Below are positions 25,806 to 37,384 of a DNA stretch of 64,000 nt, in pieces. The DNA is from Mustelus asterias (Eukaryota). Under the pieces are notes generated by a model. The model made no database searches, was not told the origin of the DNA, and worked only from the letters and a program-made list of their open reading frames with translations. Both the position numbers and the translations under genes were made by a program. The stretch lies in assembly GCF_964213995.1 (NCBI RefSeq), contig NC_135815.1, forward strand, positions 16,306,001 through 16,370,000. The letters run 5' to 3'. How positions within the stretch are numbered: the first letter of the stretch is position 1; each line of letters begins with the position of its first letter.

Positions 25806-26347
25806 GGGGGCGATCTTACCGACTCGCCCAGCTGATCGATCATGTGGCGAGCCAGTAAGATTGTGAGAGAGGCAAAAAACCAGGTTGGCGCCATCTCCAG
25901 TCTGGCACTGCCCACTGGGGGTGGTGGGGGGTGTGACATCCAGAGAAGTGGGGGGAGTGACATATCTCTCAGTGTTCTGTGTACATTGCGAAATAAAGGC
26001 ACATGCACAATGGTGCCCTCGTACAGTCAACAGCCGGCTTTCCAGCAAGGATAGACTCCGTCCACTCCCCCTACTGGCGTGGATCACACTTTACCTCTTT
26101 TTTTTGCACTAAGTGGCAGAAGATCATGAGCCAAATGTTACCGCCTCACCCGCCCAAGGCTCATAAGATCCTCCCCAAGGCCAACGGAGAATGCCGCTCT
26201 GCGAGCCTTGCCCGCCCCGGGAATTGGGGTGGGCACGCCGGTAAAATTCAGGCACATGTCTGAGAGCTCGCCCAAAAAATGGGTGCAATTCTCTCCCGTT
26301 TTCATGCTCGTTTGGCACCTAGAATTTTTTTTGGTAAGATCGCCCCC
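25806..26347. mobile_element. PIF/Harbinger-like MITE
   Basis: Perfect 15-bp TIR gggggcgatcttacc / ggtaagatcgccccc; 3-bp TSD AAT. Confidence 0.78.
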
Positions 26348-27132
26348 AATAGTTTTGTCAATTCTAACATTTAGTTGGAGGAAATTTCTGCTCGTGCATT
26401 ACTAGATATCGGGCAAGCATGGTGACAACTTAATAGCAGTGGAAGTGCCGAGAGGGACAGGAGTAAGTTTGAACTGAGTGCTGTCAGCATGCTTGGGAAA
26501 GTGATGCTGTGCTTTTGGATTTTGCAGTCGGATAGCACGTAGATGAGAAATCAGCTGTTTCGGGGTCAGCAATTGATGTCGTTAAACAGAAGAAGACCCC
26601 AATTTCTACACGCCAACCAACAGTTGTTGCTGCAATCTGTGGACCAGCTGTAACTTACAGCAATAATCCTGTCCTTACTGCAGATCTGACAATGTCTCCA
26701 TCACAGCTGTCTCCAGTTTTAACTTTACTGGAGAGGAGTCATTTGCAAACACTTCAATGCACCTAAATACAGCAAAAACCTTGACAAAACTCAAGCTAAT
26801 CTTTAAATAAACATTGCTGAGGATGTTTAATAGGAAACCAAATCCACTGAACCAATCTGATTACTTTAGTAATCCCGTTTCCTATTATAAAGTCAGGCTC
26901 GCTAACATCCTTCACCTGTTTAGCTGCGGAGAGACAATGATGGGAGCTTTAAACCCCAGTCGCTTTAAAAGTAACAGGGACTATTTTTAAAAGCCAACAT
27001 ACCGAAAGCTTCTGTGAGGGTTGATAAAGGAGTTTAAAAAAATAACCATTTGTTCACTTTTAGTCACGTCTTAAGGTCCTTACCAATTACATCACTTACA
27101 TTCACTAACAACTGGGAGAGAAGTGGAACTAT

Positions 27133-27259
27133 GGGCGGAATTTTACCGGCACGTCCGCCCGAGGTTCATATGACTCTGCCTGAGGGCAACGGAGAATGCC
27201 GCCCTCCGAGCCTTGCCCGTCCCCAGAATCGGGGCGGGCGTGCCGGTAAAATTCCAGCC
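27133..27259. mobile_element. Short (about 125 bp) Harbinger-like MITE; relatives at about 14255-14372, 19458-19580, 24520-24781, 29754-29875, 30106-30228 and 44490-44610
   Basis: TIR gggcggaattttaccggcacg / cgtgccggtaaaattccagcc. Confidence 0.7.
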
Positions 27260-27476
27260 ATTGTTTCCATCATCGTAAATTAGTTCTGGCAAAATGATCT
27301 AACCCTCGTGTTTATTTGTAAGCCACTTGGTGTTGGCGCTATCATAGAATGCGAAAGTGCAGGAGAAAGCCACTGGGCCCATCGGGCCTGCATCCAAAAC
27401 AATCCCACCCAGGCCCTCTCCCCCGTAACCCCATCTACTTACCCAGCTAATCCCCCTGACACTAAGGGGCAATTTA

Positions 27477-27843
27477 GAACAAAGAACAAAGAACAGCACA
27501 GCACAGGAAACAGGCCCTTCGGCCCTCCAAGCCTGTGCCGCTCCTTGGTCCGACTAGACCAATCGTTTGTATCCCTCCATTCCCAGGCTGCTCATGTGAC
27601 TATCCAGGTAAGTCTTAAACGATGCCAGCGTGCCTGCCTCCACCACCCTACTTGGCAGCGCATTCCAGGCCCCCGCCACCCTCTGTGTAAAAAACATCCC
27701 TCTGATATCTGAGTTATACTTCGCCCCTCTCACCTTGAGCCCGTGACCCCTCGTGATCGTCACTTCTGATCTAGGAAAAAGCTTCCCACCGTTCACCCTA
27801 TCGATCCCCTTCATAATCTTGTACACCTCTATTAGATCTCCCC
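27477..27843 (-). mobile_element. CR1 LINE 3' fragment inserted into an HE1 SINE
   Basis: YKIMKGIDRV...FFTQRVAGAWNALP; the HE1 halves lie at about 27342-27477 and 27860-27995. Confidence 0.82.
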
Positions 27844-28848
27844 TGTGTGTTTGTGTGAATTAGCATGGCCAATTCACCTGACCCACACATCTTTGGAGTG
27901 TGGAAGGAAACCGGAGTGCTGACAGGAAACCCACGCAGACACGGGGAGAACGTGCAAACGCCACACAGACTGTCACCAGAGGTCAGAGTTGAATCGGGAA
28001 GAAAGCTCCGCCCATGTGTCAGTGAGAACGCTGAAGGTATAACATATGCCCTGTTCCTATCTGTTTGCTGCACATTTCCCTCCGCACTGCCAGTATTTGG
28101 ACACACTAAGGAAGTAATTCAGTTTCATGCAACTGGTAAATAGGTGAACTGGTGTCGCACTGTAAAGGATGATAACTTTATCAAGTTTGTCACTAGAAAT
28201 AGGACATTCAGAAAGCAATCAACAACCTCTTCAAAGTTAAGGCAAAACTTGTAACTTACTAGAAAACACACAGCACCTGGGTGGCGCAGTGGTTAGCACT
28301 GCTGCCTCACAGCACCAGGGATCCGAGTTCAATTCCGGCCTCGGGTCACTGTCTGCATGGAGTTTGCATGTTCTCCCCATGCCTGCGCGTGTTTGCCCAC
28401 AATCCGAAAGATGTGCAGGTTAGGTGGATTGGCCATGGTAAATTCCCCCTTAGTGTCAGGGGGATTAGCAGGGTAAATGCATGGGTGGAGGCGCAGGCTC
28501 GATGGGCAGAATAGCCTCCTTCTGCACTGTAGGGATTCTATACTGAGTGTTACCAGATCACTTCTCTCTCTGGTAAGCTTGGAATGTTTCCAGAAAAGAA
28601 TCATTCCGGACACAAAGGATAAATGGTCTGAATTAGTCTGACAGAGGAGGTCACTGAGACTCCATCGATTATTTAGCTGTCCGAAGTTCCAATGCAAAGG
28701 ATCTCCCCCACTGGACAAATCCTTTGCGGCTTCTGCTGATGTAACTTAAGGCAGAAGAGAAGTGGAAACCCGGGTTGATATCAGTGTCCCACTGAAAGTT
28801 ATAGCAGTCCATCAAGAGGATTCTCATTGTTCATGTTTACTGTACTTA

Positions 28849-29148
28849 GGGCGGCACGGTAGCACTGCTGCCTCACAGCGCCAGGGACCCAGGTTCGATT
28901 CCCGGCTTGAGTCACTCTCTGTGCAGAGTCGGCACATTCTCCCCATGTCTGCGTGGGTTTCCCCCGGGTGCTCCGGTTTCCTCCCATAGTCTGAAAGACG
29001 TGCTGGTTAGGGTGCATTGGCCGTGCTAAATTCTCCCTCAGTGTACCACAACAGGCGCCGGAGTGCGGCGACTAGGGGATTTTCACAGTAACTTCATTGC
29101 AGTGTTAATGTCAGCCTACTTGTGACAAATAAATAAACTTTACTTTAC
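28849..29148 (+). mobile_element. HE1 V-SINE, type-B tail, abutting the splice donor of exon 29149-29247
   Basis: tRNA-like head gggcggcacggtagcactgctgcc..ggttcgattccc, V-domain, tail ...cctacttgtgacaaataaataaactttactttac. Confidence 0.9.
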
Positions 29149-29247
29149 CTGCAACTTGAGTGGACGCGATGAAGTGAGTCAAGCTCGATGTGGACACATC
29201 CGGAGCAATGTGGACCGGGTTTGGTGGGGAGGTTTTCTCCACCACTT
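29149..29247 (-). CDS. LTBP1: LTBP1-like hinge exon (EVVEKTSPPNPVHIAPDVSTSSLTHFIASTQVA)
   Basis: 99 nt, ttttattttgtaacag acceptor, G|gtaaag donor, phase 1/1; resembles human VVIEKTSPPVPVEVAPEASTSSASQVIAPTQVT. Confidence 0.88.
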
Positions 29248-31001
29248 CTGTTACAAAATAAAAGCAAAAAAACATCTAAATGACAGGAACAAAAGTAACG
29301 CAGAATTATTATATTTCCTCCAAATTAAACGTAGCTTCATTTCTCCGCAGGCAGCTGAATCAACATTGGACACGGGGCTCAAATCTCAATCTCAATGGAC
29401 GTTAGTACTGCGGCACTTTATTCTAAACAGTTTCACTAATCACTCCCATGTCACCTTTTGTCTGGAGGGGATGGGCTGGGAAAAGATGCAAGGCTTTCCC
29501 ACAACATGAAACAAATCAGGTCAGGACCAAGGATGGGAATATCTGTGTGGGTTTCCTCCGGGAGCTCCAGTTTCCTCCCACAGTCCGAAAGGCGCGCAGG
29601 TTAGGTGCATTGGCCATGCTAAATTCTCCCTCAGTGTACCCGAACAGGCGCCAGAGTGTGGCGACTAAGGGATTTTCACTTTAACTTCATTGCAGTGTTA
29701 ATGTAAGCCTACTTGTGACACTAATAAATAGACTTAAAACTTAAATTAACATTGGGCGGAATTTTCCATATTCTCCAGTTGGCAGGATTTTCCAGTCCCG
29801 TCAAAGTCCCTGGACTTCTGGACGGCTTGCCGCATTTTACAGCCCCCTCCCCAAGGCGACAGTAAAATTCCGCCCATAGTCACAATATTACTGGACTAGT
29901 AATCCGAAGCCCCCAGACTAATATTCCAGTGACACAAGTTCAAATCCCACCAACGCAGCTGTACTGCTCCAGTCCGGCCTACATGGAACTCCAGACCCAT
30001 GGTTGATTCTCAGCTACCCTCTTTGTCCTTTGTTTTGAAATGGCCTCGGAAAGCCATCAAGCTGCTACAGAGGTAAAAATTACAGTGGGTGTACCCACAA
30101 CACATGGGGCAGGATTTTATAGCCTCGCTCATCCCGAAACCGTAAAATCCCATCTGAGGTCAATGGACCTTCCCATTGTCCCTCCCTCGCCCCACTCCGA
30201 ATCCCGTGGCGGGCCGATAAAATTCCGGCGATGGACTCCAATGGTTCAGGAAGGCAGCTCGCCACCACACCTTCTCAAGGGCAATTAGGAATGGACAACA
30301 AATGCTGGCTGAGCCAGTGATGCCCACATTTCAAAAGCGAGTAAGAAGATGGAGTTGGTCGCTGCCACGATGAGGGCAGGGCTGCACTGTCCTCCCAGGG
30401 GAGGTGTCAGGAGAAGGGAATTTGGAGAGAGGTGAAGGAGCGACATGGTGGCACAGTGGTTGGCACTGCTGCCTCACAGCACCAGGGATGTGGGTTCGAT
30501 TCCCGGCTTGGGTCAATGTCGGTGTGGAGTTAGCACATTCTCCCTGTGTTTGCGTGGGTTTCCTCCCACAGACCAAAGACGTGCGGGTTAGGTTGTTTGG
30601 CCCATGCTAAATTGCGCCTTAGTGTCAGGGTAAATAAGTAGGGAATAGGGCCTGGATGGGATTGCGGTTGGTGCGGACTCGATGAACCGAATGGCCTCAT
30701 TCTACACTGTAGGGATTGTATGATTCTGTGAAAGGAACTTTTCCCCAATCAGTTCATCCTGCTAAAAGCAGGAAATTTGCTGAATGGGTAACTCCTTCAA
30801 ATTCAAACATCAAGCTGTGAGTTATCCGCCTCGCCCTGGTGTGGGTCAAAAGGCAGAACAAGGCCTAACACAAACACAGCAACAAGCACGGTAAACAGTT
30901 ACATGCAGCTAGCAGACCAGGAATAGAACCGCAGTTACATCCACTGTTGCTATAGCTGCAAAGCGGGGAATCAATGTCCAGTGAGAGTTGGTTGTACTTA
31001 C

Positions 31002-31092
31002 CGGGGAAGCCAGAGTTTATCTGGATGGTTGTAATGCTGGGGGATAACTGAGGCAGACCAGATTCCACAACGTGCTTCTCTTTTTCTAGTTC
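31002..31092 (-). CDS. LTBP1: LTBP1-like hinge exon (ELEKEKHVVESGLPQLSPSITTIQINSGFP)
   Basis: 91 nt, tcttttcattgtattcag acceptor, G|gtaagt donor, phase 0 to 1; resembles human LTBP1 QEKTKLEPGQPQLSPGISTIHLHPQFP. Confidence 0.87.
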
Positions 31093-31629
31093 CTGAATAC
31101 AATGAAAAGATGACATTTTCTTTCCACTTTAAGGACAGACAAATTCTAATCAAACATTAGCACCAAAAACTCAACATTTTTATGGCAATGAGTTGGAACC
31201 CTGGCACAACCAGTGATTACCATACTGGAATAAACCATCATTAAGAGGGGCGGCATGGTGGCCCAGTGGTTAGCACTGCTGCCTCACAGCGCCAGGGACC
31301 CGGGTTCAATTCCCAGCTTGGGTCACTCTCTGTGCCGATTCTGCACGTTCTCCCTGTGTCTGCGTGGGTTTCCTCCGGGTGCTCCGGTTTCCTCCCACAG
31401 ACTGAAAGACGAGCTGGTTAGGTGCATTGGCCGTGCTAAATTCTCCCTCAGTGTATTCGAACAGGCGCCAGAGTGTGGCAACTAGGGGATTTTCACAGTA
31501 ACTTCATTGCAGCGTTAATGCAAGCCTACTTGTGACATTAACAAATAAAATAAATAAAAAATAAATCAAGCACAACTGTGATTAAATATTCCCTTCATGT
31601 CCCAGTTTGTGTTTTTTGGAAACCACAGA

Positions 31630-32420
31630 AGGTCCTCCTCTTCCTCCTCCAATACACATCTGTCCTTCTCTCATTCCCTATCCTTTTGAACCCTACTTCT
31701 CTCTTCCATTACACTTCTATCTCCCTCCCCCTCCATTTCGCTCTCCCTCCATCCTTCATTATTACTTTGTCCCCTTCTTCATTTCTGCCACATTTTCCCT
31801 TCTTCATTTTGATCTCTTCTCCTTTCTGTCCCTTGCTTTCCCTTACCTCATTAATATCTCCATCATTCTCTCAATCTGATTTGATACTCTATTTCTCACC
31901 TTCACTAGTGTCCCTAGCTCCTTTCAACAGTCTATTTCCCTCTTTCTCCAGCCTCCCTATTTCCCTCTTTCCTAAACTCTCTACCTCCTCTTTCCTGATT
32001 CTCCCTATCCACTCTTTCCGCAATCTCTATTCCCTCTTCCTCCAGTCTAACTTCTTCTTCCCCAGTCTCTCTATCCCCTCTTTCCCCAATCTCTCTATCC
32101 CCTCTTTCCCCAGTCTCTCTGACCCCTCTTTTCCCAGTCTCTCTCTCCCTCTTCCCCCAGTCTCTCTATCCCCTCTTTCCCCAATCTCTCTATCCCCTCT
32201 TTCCCCAGTCTCTCAATCCCCTCTTCCCCCAGTCTCTCTATCCCCTCTTTCCCCAATCTCTCTATCCCCTCTTTGCCCAGTCTGTCTATCCCCTCTTTCC
32301 CCAGTCTCTCTGTCTACTCTTTCCTTACCTCCCCTATCCCCAGTTTCCCCCTGACTCCCCATTCACTTTCTCTTTTGACTCATTTACTGATGTATCTCTC
32401 CCACTCATACTTCATTCTTT
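31630..32420 (+). repeat. Polypyrimidine tract with 24-bp minisatellite (ccagtctctctatcccctctttcc)n at about 32060-32350
   Basis: Visible tandem units, giving the 8-aa periodicity (SPVSLSPL) of ORF 31578-32354. Confidence 0.9.
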
Positions 32421-33409
32421 TATCAGCTAGGATTGGTGGTTGTTAGGGACACAGCATTAAGTACTGGAGTGTGTGTCAGCAGGGGAGTTACACCGACTGC
32501 ATGTGACAAAATCCCCTGTGAGGTTTGTAATGAAATTCTCTTTGAACATTTCCACTCTGCAATCCAGATTTATCAAATTGGCACTTCCGCACTGAGCTGC
32601 ATGAACATCGCCACAATGTTTTAATTTAATGAGATTGGACACCATCAGAACAGTAATTAACGATCGTAACCCTCTTTCTCCAGCCTCCCTATTTCCCTCT
32701 TTCCCTAATCTGACCCTCTTTGGGGCAGCATGGTAGCACAGTGGTTAGCACTGCGGCCTCACAGCGCCAGGGACCCGGGTTCAATTCCCGGTTTGGGTCA
32801 CTGTCTGTGCGGAGTTTGCACATTCTCCCCATATTTGCATGGGCTTCCTCCGGATGCTCCGGTTTCCTCCCGTAGTCCAAAGATTTGCAGTTTAGGTGGA
32901 TTGGCCATGTTAAATTGCCCCTTCGAGTCAGGGGGACGAGCTAGGGTAAGTGTATGGGGTTACGGGGATAGGGCCTGGGTGGGATTGTGGTTAGTACGGA
33001 CTCGATGAGCCGAATGGCCTCCTTCTGTACTGTAGGGATTCTATGAGTCTCTGAAATACATGTGATTACAGGGATAGGGCCTGGGATTGTTGCAGCAGGA
33101 GTCAAATGGCCTCCTTCCGCATTGTAGGGATTCTATGATCTGTTCACATGACTCTCAGCCACACACCCCCCTCCCACTATCAGTCTGCTGGATGGTTCTA
33201 AACCTCAGCCCATCTGGGAGCTATGTTGACCCTGGCTGCATCAAGGTCACCTCTGGTGCCCTGCATCTAGAATGGGTTGGACAGCTCTCCATTCCTGTAC
33301 TCCGCACTCAGCACTGCTGACACAGTTACAGAACTGAAACATTTATATTGAACAATCTGTGTTTCCAATTATTGCGTTATGGTTGTATGAAGACAGATTT
33401 ATAACCTAC

Positions 33410-33432
33410 CTTTTCAGGCATGCTGGTGGCCA
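33410..33432 (-). CDS. LTBP1: LTBP1-like 23-nt micro-exon (VATSMPEK)
   Basis: tttttgttacag|TG GCC ACC AGC ATG CCT GAA AAG|gtaggt; phase 1 to 0, which is exactly what links the neighbouring exons; recalled human LTBP1 has VATAPPEK here. Confidence 0.85.
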
Positions 33433-33522
33433 CTGTAACAAAAAATATTTTTTTTAAATGGTTAAAATTGTACAGTATTTCCACATTAACAAGTGTTAAA
33501 GGCAGTGTTTTCATTCAAAATT

Positions 33523-34200
33523 ATAGAAAAGGGAAAGGGCAGGCAGAGCAGGGTTCCCCTGTCCCTCCACAACAGGTATACCGATTTGGATACTGTTGTG
33601 GGGGATGCCTTACCTGGGACAAGCTGCGGCAGCCGGATCTCTGGCACTGAGTCGGGTTCTGCAGCGCAGAAGGGAGGGTGGAAGAAGAGGAGAGCGGTAG
33701 TGATAGGGGACTCGATAGTCAGAGGTACAGACAGGAGGTTCCATAGTCGTGACAGAGACTCCCGGCTGGTTTGTTGTCTCCCGGGTGCCAGGGTCAGGGA
33801 TGTCTCTGATCGAGTGCACAACATTCTGAAGTGGGAGGGTGATCAGCCAGATGTCATGGTACACATTGGTACCAATGACGTAGGAAGGAAGAGTGAGGAG
33901 GTCCTGAAGAGTGAGTATAGAGAGCTTGGTAGGAAGTTAAAAAGCAGGACCCCGAGGGTAGTAATCTCAGGATTGCTACCTGTGCCACGTGCCAGTGAGG
34001 GTAAGAGTAGGATGCTCGGGAGGATGAACACGTGGCTGAGCAACTGGTGTAGGGGGCAGGGTTTCAGATTTCTAGATCATTGGGGCCTCTTCTGGGGCAG
34101 GTGGGACCTGTACAAGAGAGACGGGTTACACCTGAACTACAAGGGGACCAATATACTTGCAGGGAGGTTTGCTAGTGTTATTGGGGAGGGTTTAAACTAG
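33523..34200 (+). pseudogene. CR1 ORF1 remnant, SGNH/GDSL esterase domain
   Basis: Open frame with GDS, GxND and DxxH motifs; 5' end missing. Confidence 0.85.
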
Positions 34201-34329
34201 ATTTGCAGGGGGATGGGAACCAGAGTGCCAGAGCAGATAGTGGAGCGGGGGTGAAAATAAATGATGCTAATAGTTCATGCAAATTCACAAATAGAAGGGT
34301 TGTGTGTGGTGGTAATAATCTTCTGAGGT

Positions 34330-37075
34330 GTGTCTATTTCAATGCCAGGAGTATCGTGGGGAAAGCAGACGAGCTGAGGGTGTGGATCGACACATGGAAT
34401 TATGACATTATAGCCATTGGTGAAACTTGGCTACAGGAGGGGCAGGACTGGCAGCTCAATGTTCCAGGGTTCCGATGTTTCAGACGTGATAGAGGCAGAG
34501 GGGTGAAGGGTGGGGGGGGTGGCATTGCTAGTCAGGGAATTTGTTACAGCAGTGCTCAGGCAGGACAGATTAGAGGGCTTGTCTACCCGAGGCCATATGG
34601 GTGGGGCTGAGAAACAGGAAAGGTATGATCACATTAATGGGGTGTATTATAGACCACCCAATAGTCAGCGAGAATTGGAGGAACAAATCTGCAGAGAGAT
34701 AGCAGACAACTGCAGGAAACATAAAGTTGTGATAGTAGGGGATTTTAATTTTCCACGGAAATATTGGGACTCCCATACTGTTAAAGGTCTAGACGGGTTA
34801 GAGTTTGTAAAATGTGTTCAGGAAAATTTTCTAAATCAATATATAGAGGTACCAACTAGAGAGGATGCAATATTAGATCTCCTATTAGGAAACGAGTTAG
34901 GACAAGTGACAGAAGTGTGTGTAGAGGAACACTTTGGTTCCAGTGATCACAACGCCATTAGTTTCAACTTGATCATGGATAAAGATAGATCTGGTCCTCG
35001 GGTTGAGGTTCTAAACTGGAAAAAGGCCAAATTTGAAGAAATGAGAAAGGATCTAAAAAGCATGGATTGGGACAGGCTGTTCTCTGGCAAGGATCTGATT
35101 GGTAAGTGGGAGGCCTTCAAAGGAGAAATTTTGAGAGTGCAGAGCTTGTATGTTCCTGTCAGGATTAAAGGCAAAGTGAATAAGAATAAGGAACCTTGGT
35201 TCTCGAGGGATATTGGAACTCTGATAAAGAAGAAAGAGAGATGTATGACATGTATAGGCAACAGGGAGCAAATAAGATGTTTGAGGAGTATATAAAGTGC
35301 AAGAAACTGCTTAAGAAAGAAATCAGGAGGGTTAAAAGAAGACATGAGGTTGCTTTGGCAGACAAGGTGATGGATAATCCTAAGAGCTTCTACAGGTATA
35401 TTAAGAGCAAAAGGATAGTAAGGGATAAAATTGGTCCTCTTGAAGATCAGAGTGGTCGGCTATGTATGGAACCAAAAGAAATGGGGGAGATATTAAATGG
35501 GTTTTTTGCATCCGTATTTACTAAGGAAACTGGCATGGAGTCTATGAAAATAAGGCAAACAAGTAGGGAAGTCATGGAACCTATACAGATTAAAGGGGAG
35601 GAGGTGCTTGCTGTCTTGAGGCAAATCAGAGTGGATAAATCCCCAGGACCGGACAGGGTATTCCCACGGACCTTGAGGGAAGCTAGTGTTGAAATTGCAG
35701 GGGCCCTGGCAGATATATTTAAAATGTCGGTATCCACAGGTGAGGTGCCGGATGATTGGAGGATAGCTCATGTTGTTCCGTTGTTTAAAAAAGGCTCAAA
35801 AAGTAATGCGGGAAATTATAGGTCAGTAGTAGGTAAATTATTGGAAGGAGTACTAAGGGATAGGATCTACAAATATTTGGATAGGGTCTTATTAGGGAGA
35901 GTCAACATGGCTTTGTGCGTGGTAGGTCATGTTTAACCAATCTATTAAGAGTTTTTCGAGGAAGTTACCAGGAAAGTAGATGAAGGGAAGGCAGTGGATG
36001 TTGTCTACATGGACTTCAGTAAGGCCTTTGACAAGGTCCTGCACGGAGGTTAGTTAGGAAGGTTCAGTCGCTAGGTATACATGGAGAGGTAGTAAATTGG
36101 ATTAGACATTGGCTTAATGGAAGAAGCCAGAGAGTGATAGTGGAGGATTGCTTCTCTGAGTGGAGGCCTGTGACTAGTGGTGTGCCGCAGGGATCAGTGC
36201 TGGGCCCATTGTTGTTTGTCATCTATATCAATGATCTGGATGATAATGTGGTAAATTGGATCAGCAAATTTGCTGATGATACAAAGATTGGAGGTGTAGT
36301 GGACAGTGAGGAAGGTTTTCAAAGCTTGCAGAGGGATTTGGACCAGCTAGAAAAATGGGCTGAAAAATGGCAGATGAAGTTTAATGCAGACAAGTGTGAG
36401 GTATTGCACTTTGGAAGGACAAACCAAGGTAGAACATACAAGGTAAATGGTAGGACACTGAAGAGTGCAGTAGAACAGAGGGATCTGGGAATACAGATAC
36501 ATAATTCCCTAACAGTGGCGTCACAGGTAGATAGGGTCGTAAAGAGTGCTTTTGGTACATTGGCCTTTATAAATCAAAGTATAAGACATTGGGTGAGGCT
36601 GAATTTAGAGTATTGTGTGCAGTTTTGGTCACCTAATTACAGGAAGGATATTAAAAAGGTTGAAAGAGTGCAGAGAAGGTTTACAAGGATGTTGCCGGGA
36701 CTTGAGAAACTGAGTTACAGAGAAAGGTTGAATAGGTTAGGACTTTATTCCCTGGAGCGTAGAAGAATGAGGGGAGATTTGATAGAGGTGTATAAAATTA
36801 TGATGGGTATAGATGGAGTGAGTGCAAGCAGGCTTTTTCCACTGAGGCTAGGGGAGAAAAAATCTAGAGGACATGAGTTAAGGGTGAAGGGGGAAAAGTT
36901 TAAAGGGAATATTAGGGGGGTCTTCTTCACACAGAGAGTGGTGGGAGTGTGGAATGAGCTGCCAGATGAAGTGGTGAATGCGGGCTCACTTTTAACATTT
37001 AAGAAAAACTTGGACAGGTACATGGATGAGAGGGGTGTGGAGGGATATGGTCCAGGTACAGGTCAGTGGGACTAG
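34330..37075 (+). pseudogene. CR1 ORF2 (endonuclease-reverse transcriptase), frameshifted
   Basis: Split across ORFs 34203-34610, 34510-35295, 35196-35936 and 36134-37075, with motifs in the expected order. Confidence 0.88.
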
Positions 37076-37384
37076 GCAGAAAAATGGTTCGGCACAGCCA
37101 AGAAGGGCCAAAAGGCCTGTTTCTGTGCTGTAATGTTCTCTGGTCCTATGGTTCTAAAATTCCATGTTATAGGCAGAATCAAATGCAAGATTTTTGAAAA
37201 CTCAAAAATACAGCAAAAACTTGAGTTAATTTGGATTTTGTTGCCTACTTTTTTGTTATTCATTCGTGGGACACAGGCATCACTGGCTGGGCCAGAATTT
37301 ATTGCCCAACCCTAATTGCCCTTGAACTGATTGGCATGCTGGGCCATTTCAGAGGGCAGTCAAGAGTCAACCACATTGCCTGCA

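Larger units (their letters stand above)
33523..37155 (+). mobile_element. CR1-clade LINE (HER1-like), 5'-truncated within ORF1, decayed ORF2
   Basis: ORF1 has SGNH esterase motifs (VIGDSIV, HIGTND, DGLHLN). ORF2 has an APE endonuclease (YFNARS, GETW, GDFN, SDH) and RT (GVPQGSVLGPLLF, FADDTK) broken by frameshifts. CR1 3' tail ...ctatggttcta; candidate TSD AAAATT at 33517-33522 and 37156-37161. Confidence 0.93.

Noticed and set aside
31578-32354. 258-aa Ser/Pro/Leu-rich ORF
   Set aside because: Produced by the pyrimidine tract and 24-bp minisatellite, which lack stop codons; no splice or domain support.
33493-34200. 235-aa ORF as a host esterase gene
   Set aside because: It is CR1 ORF1; the first residues are read in from flanking DNA at a non-ATG start, and ORF2 follows directly.
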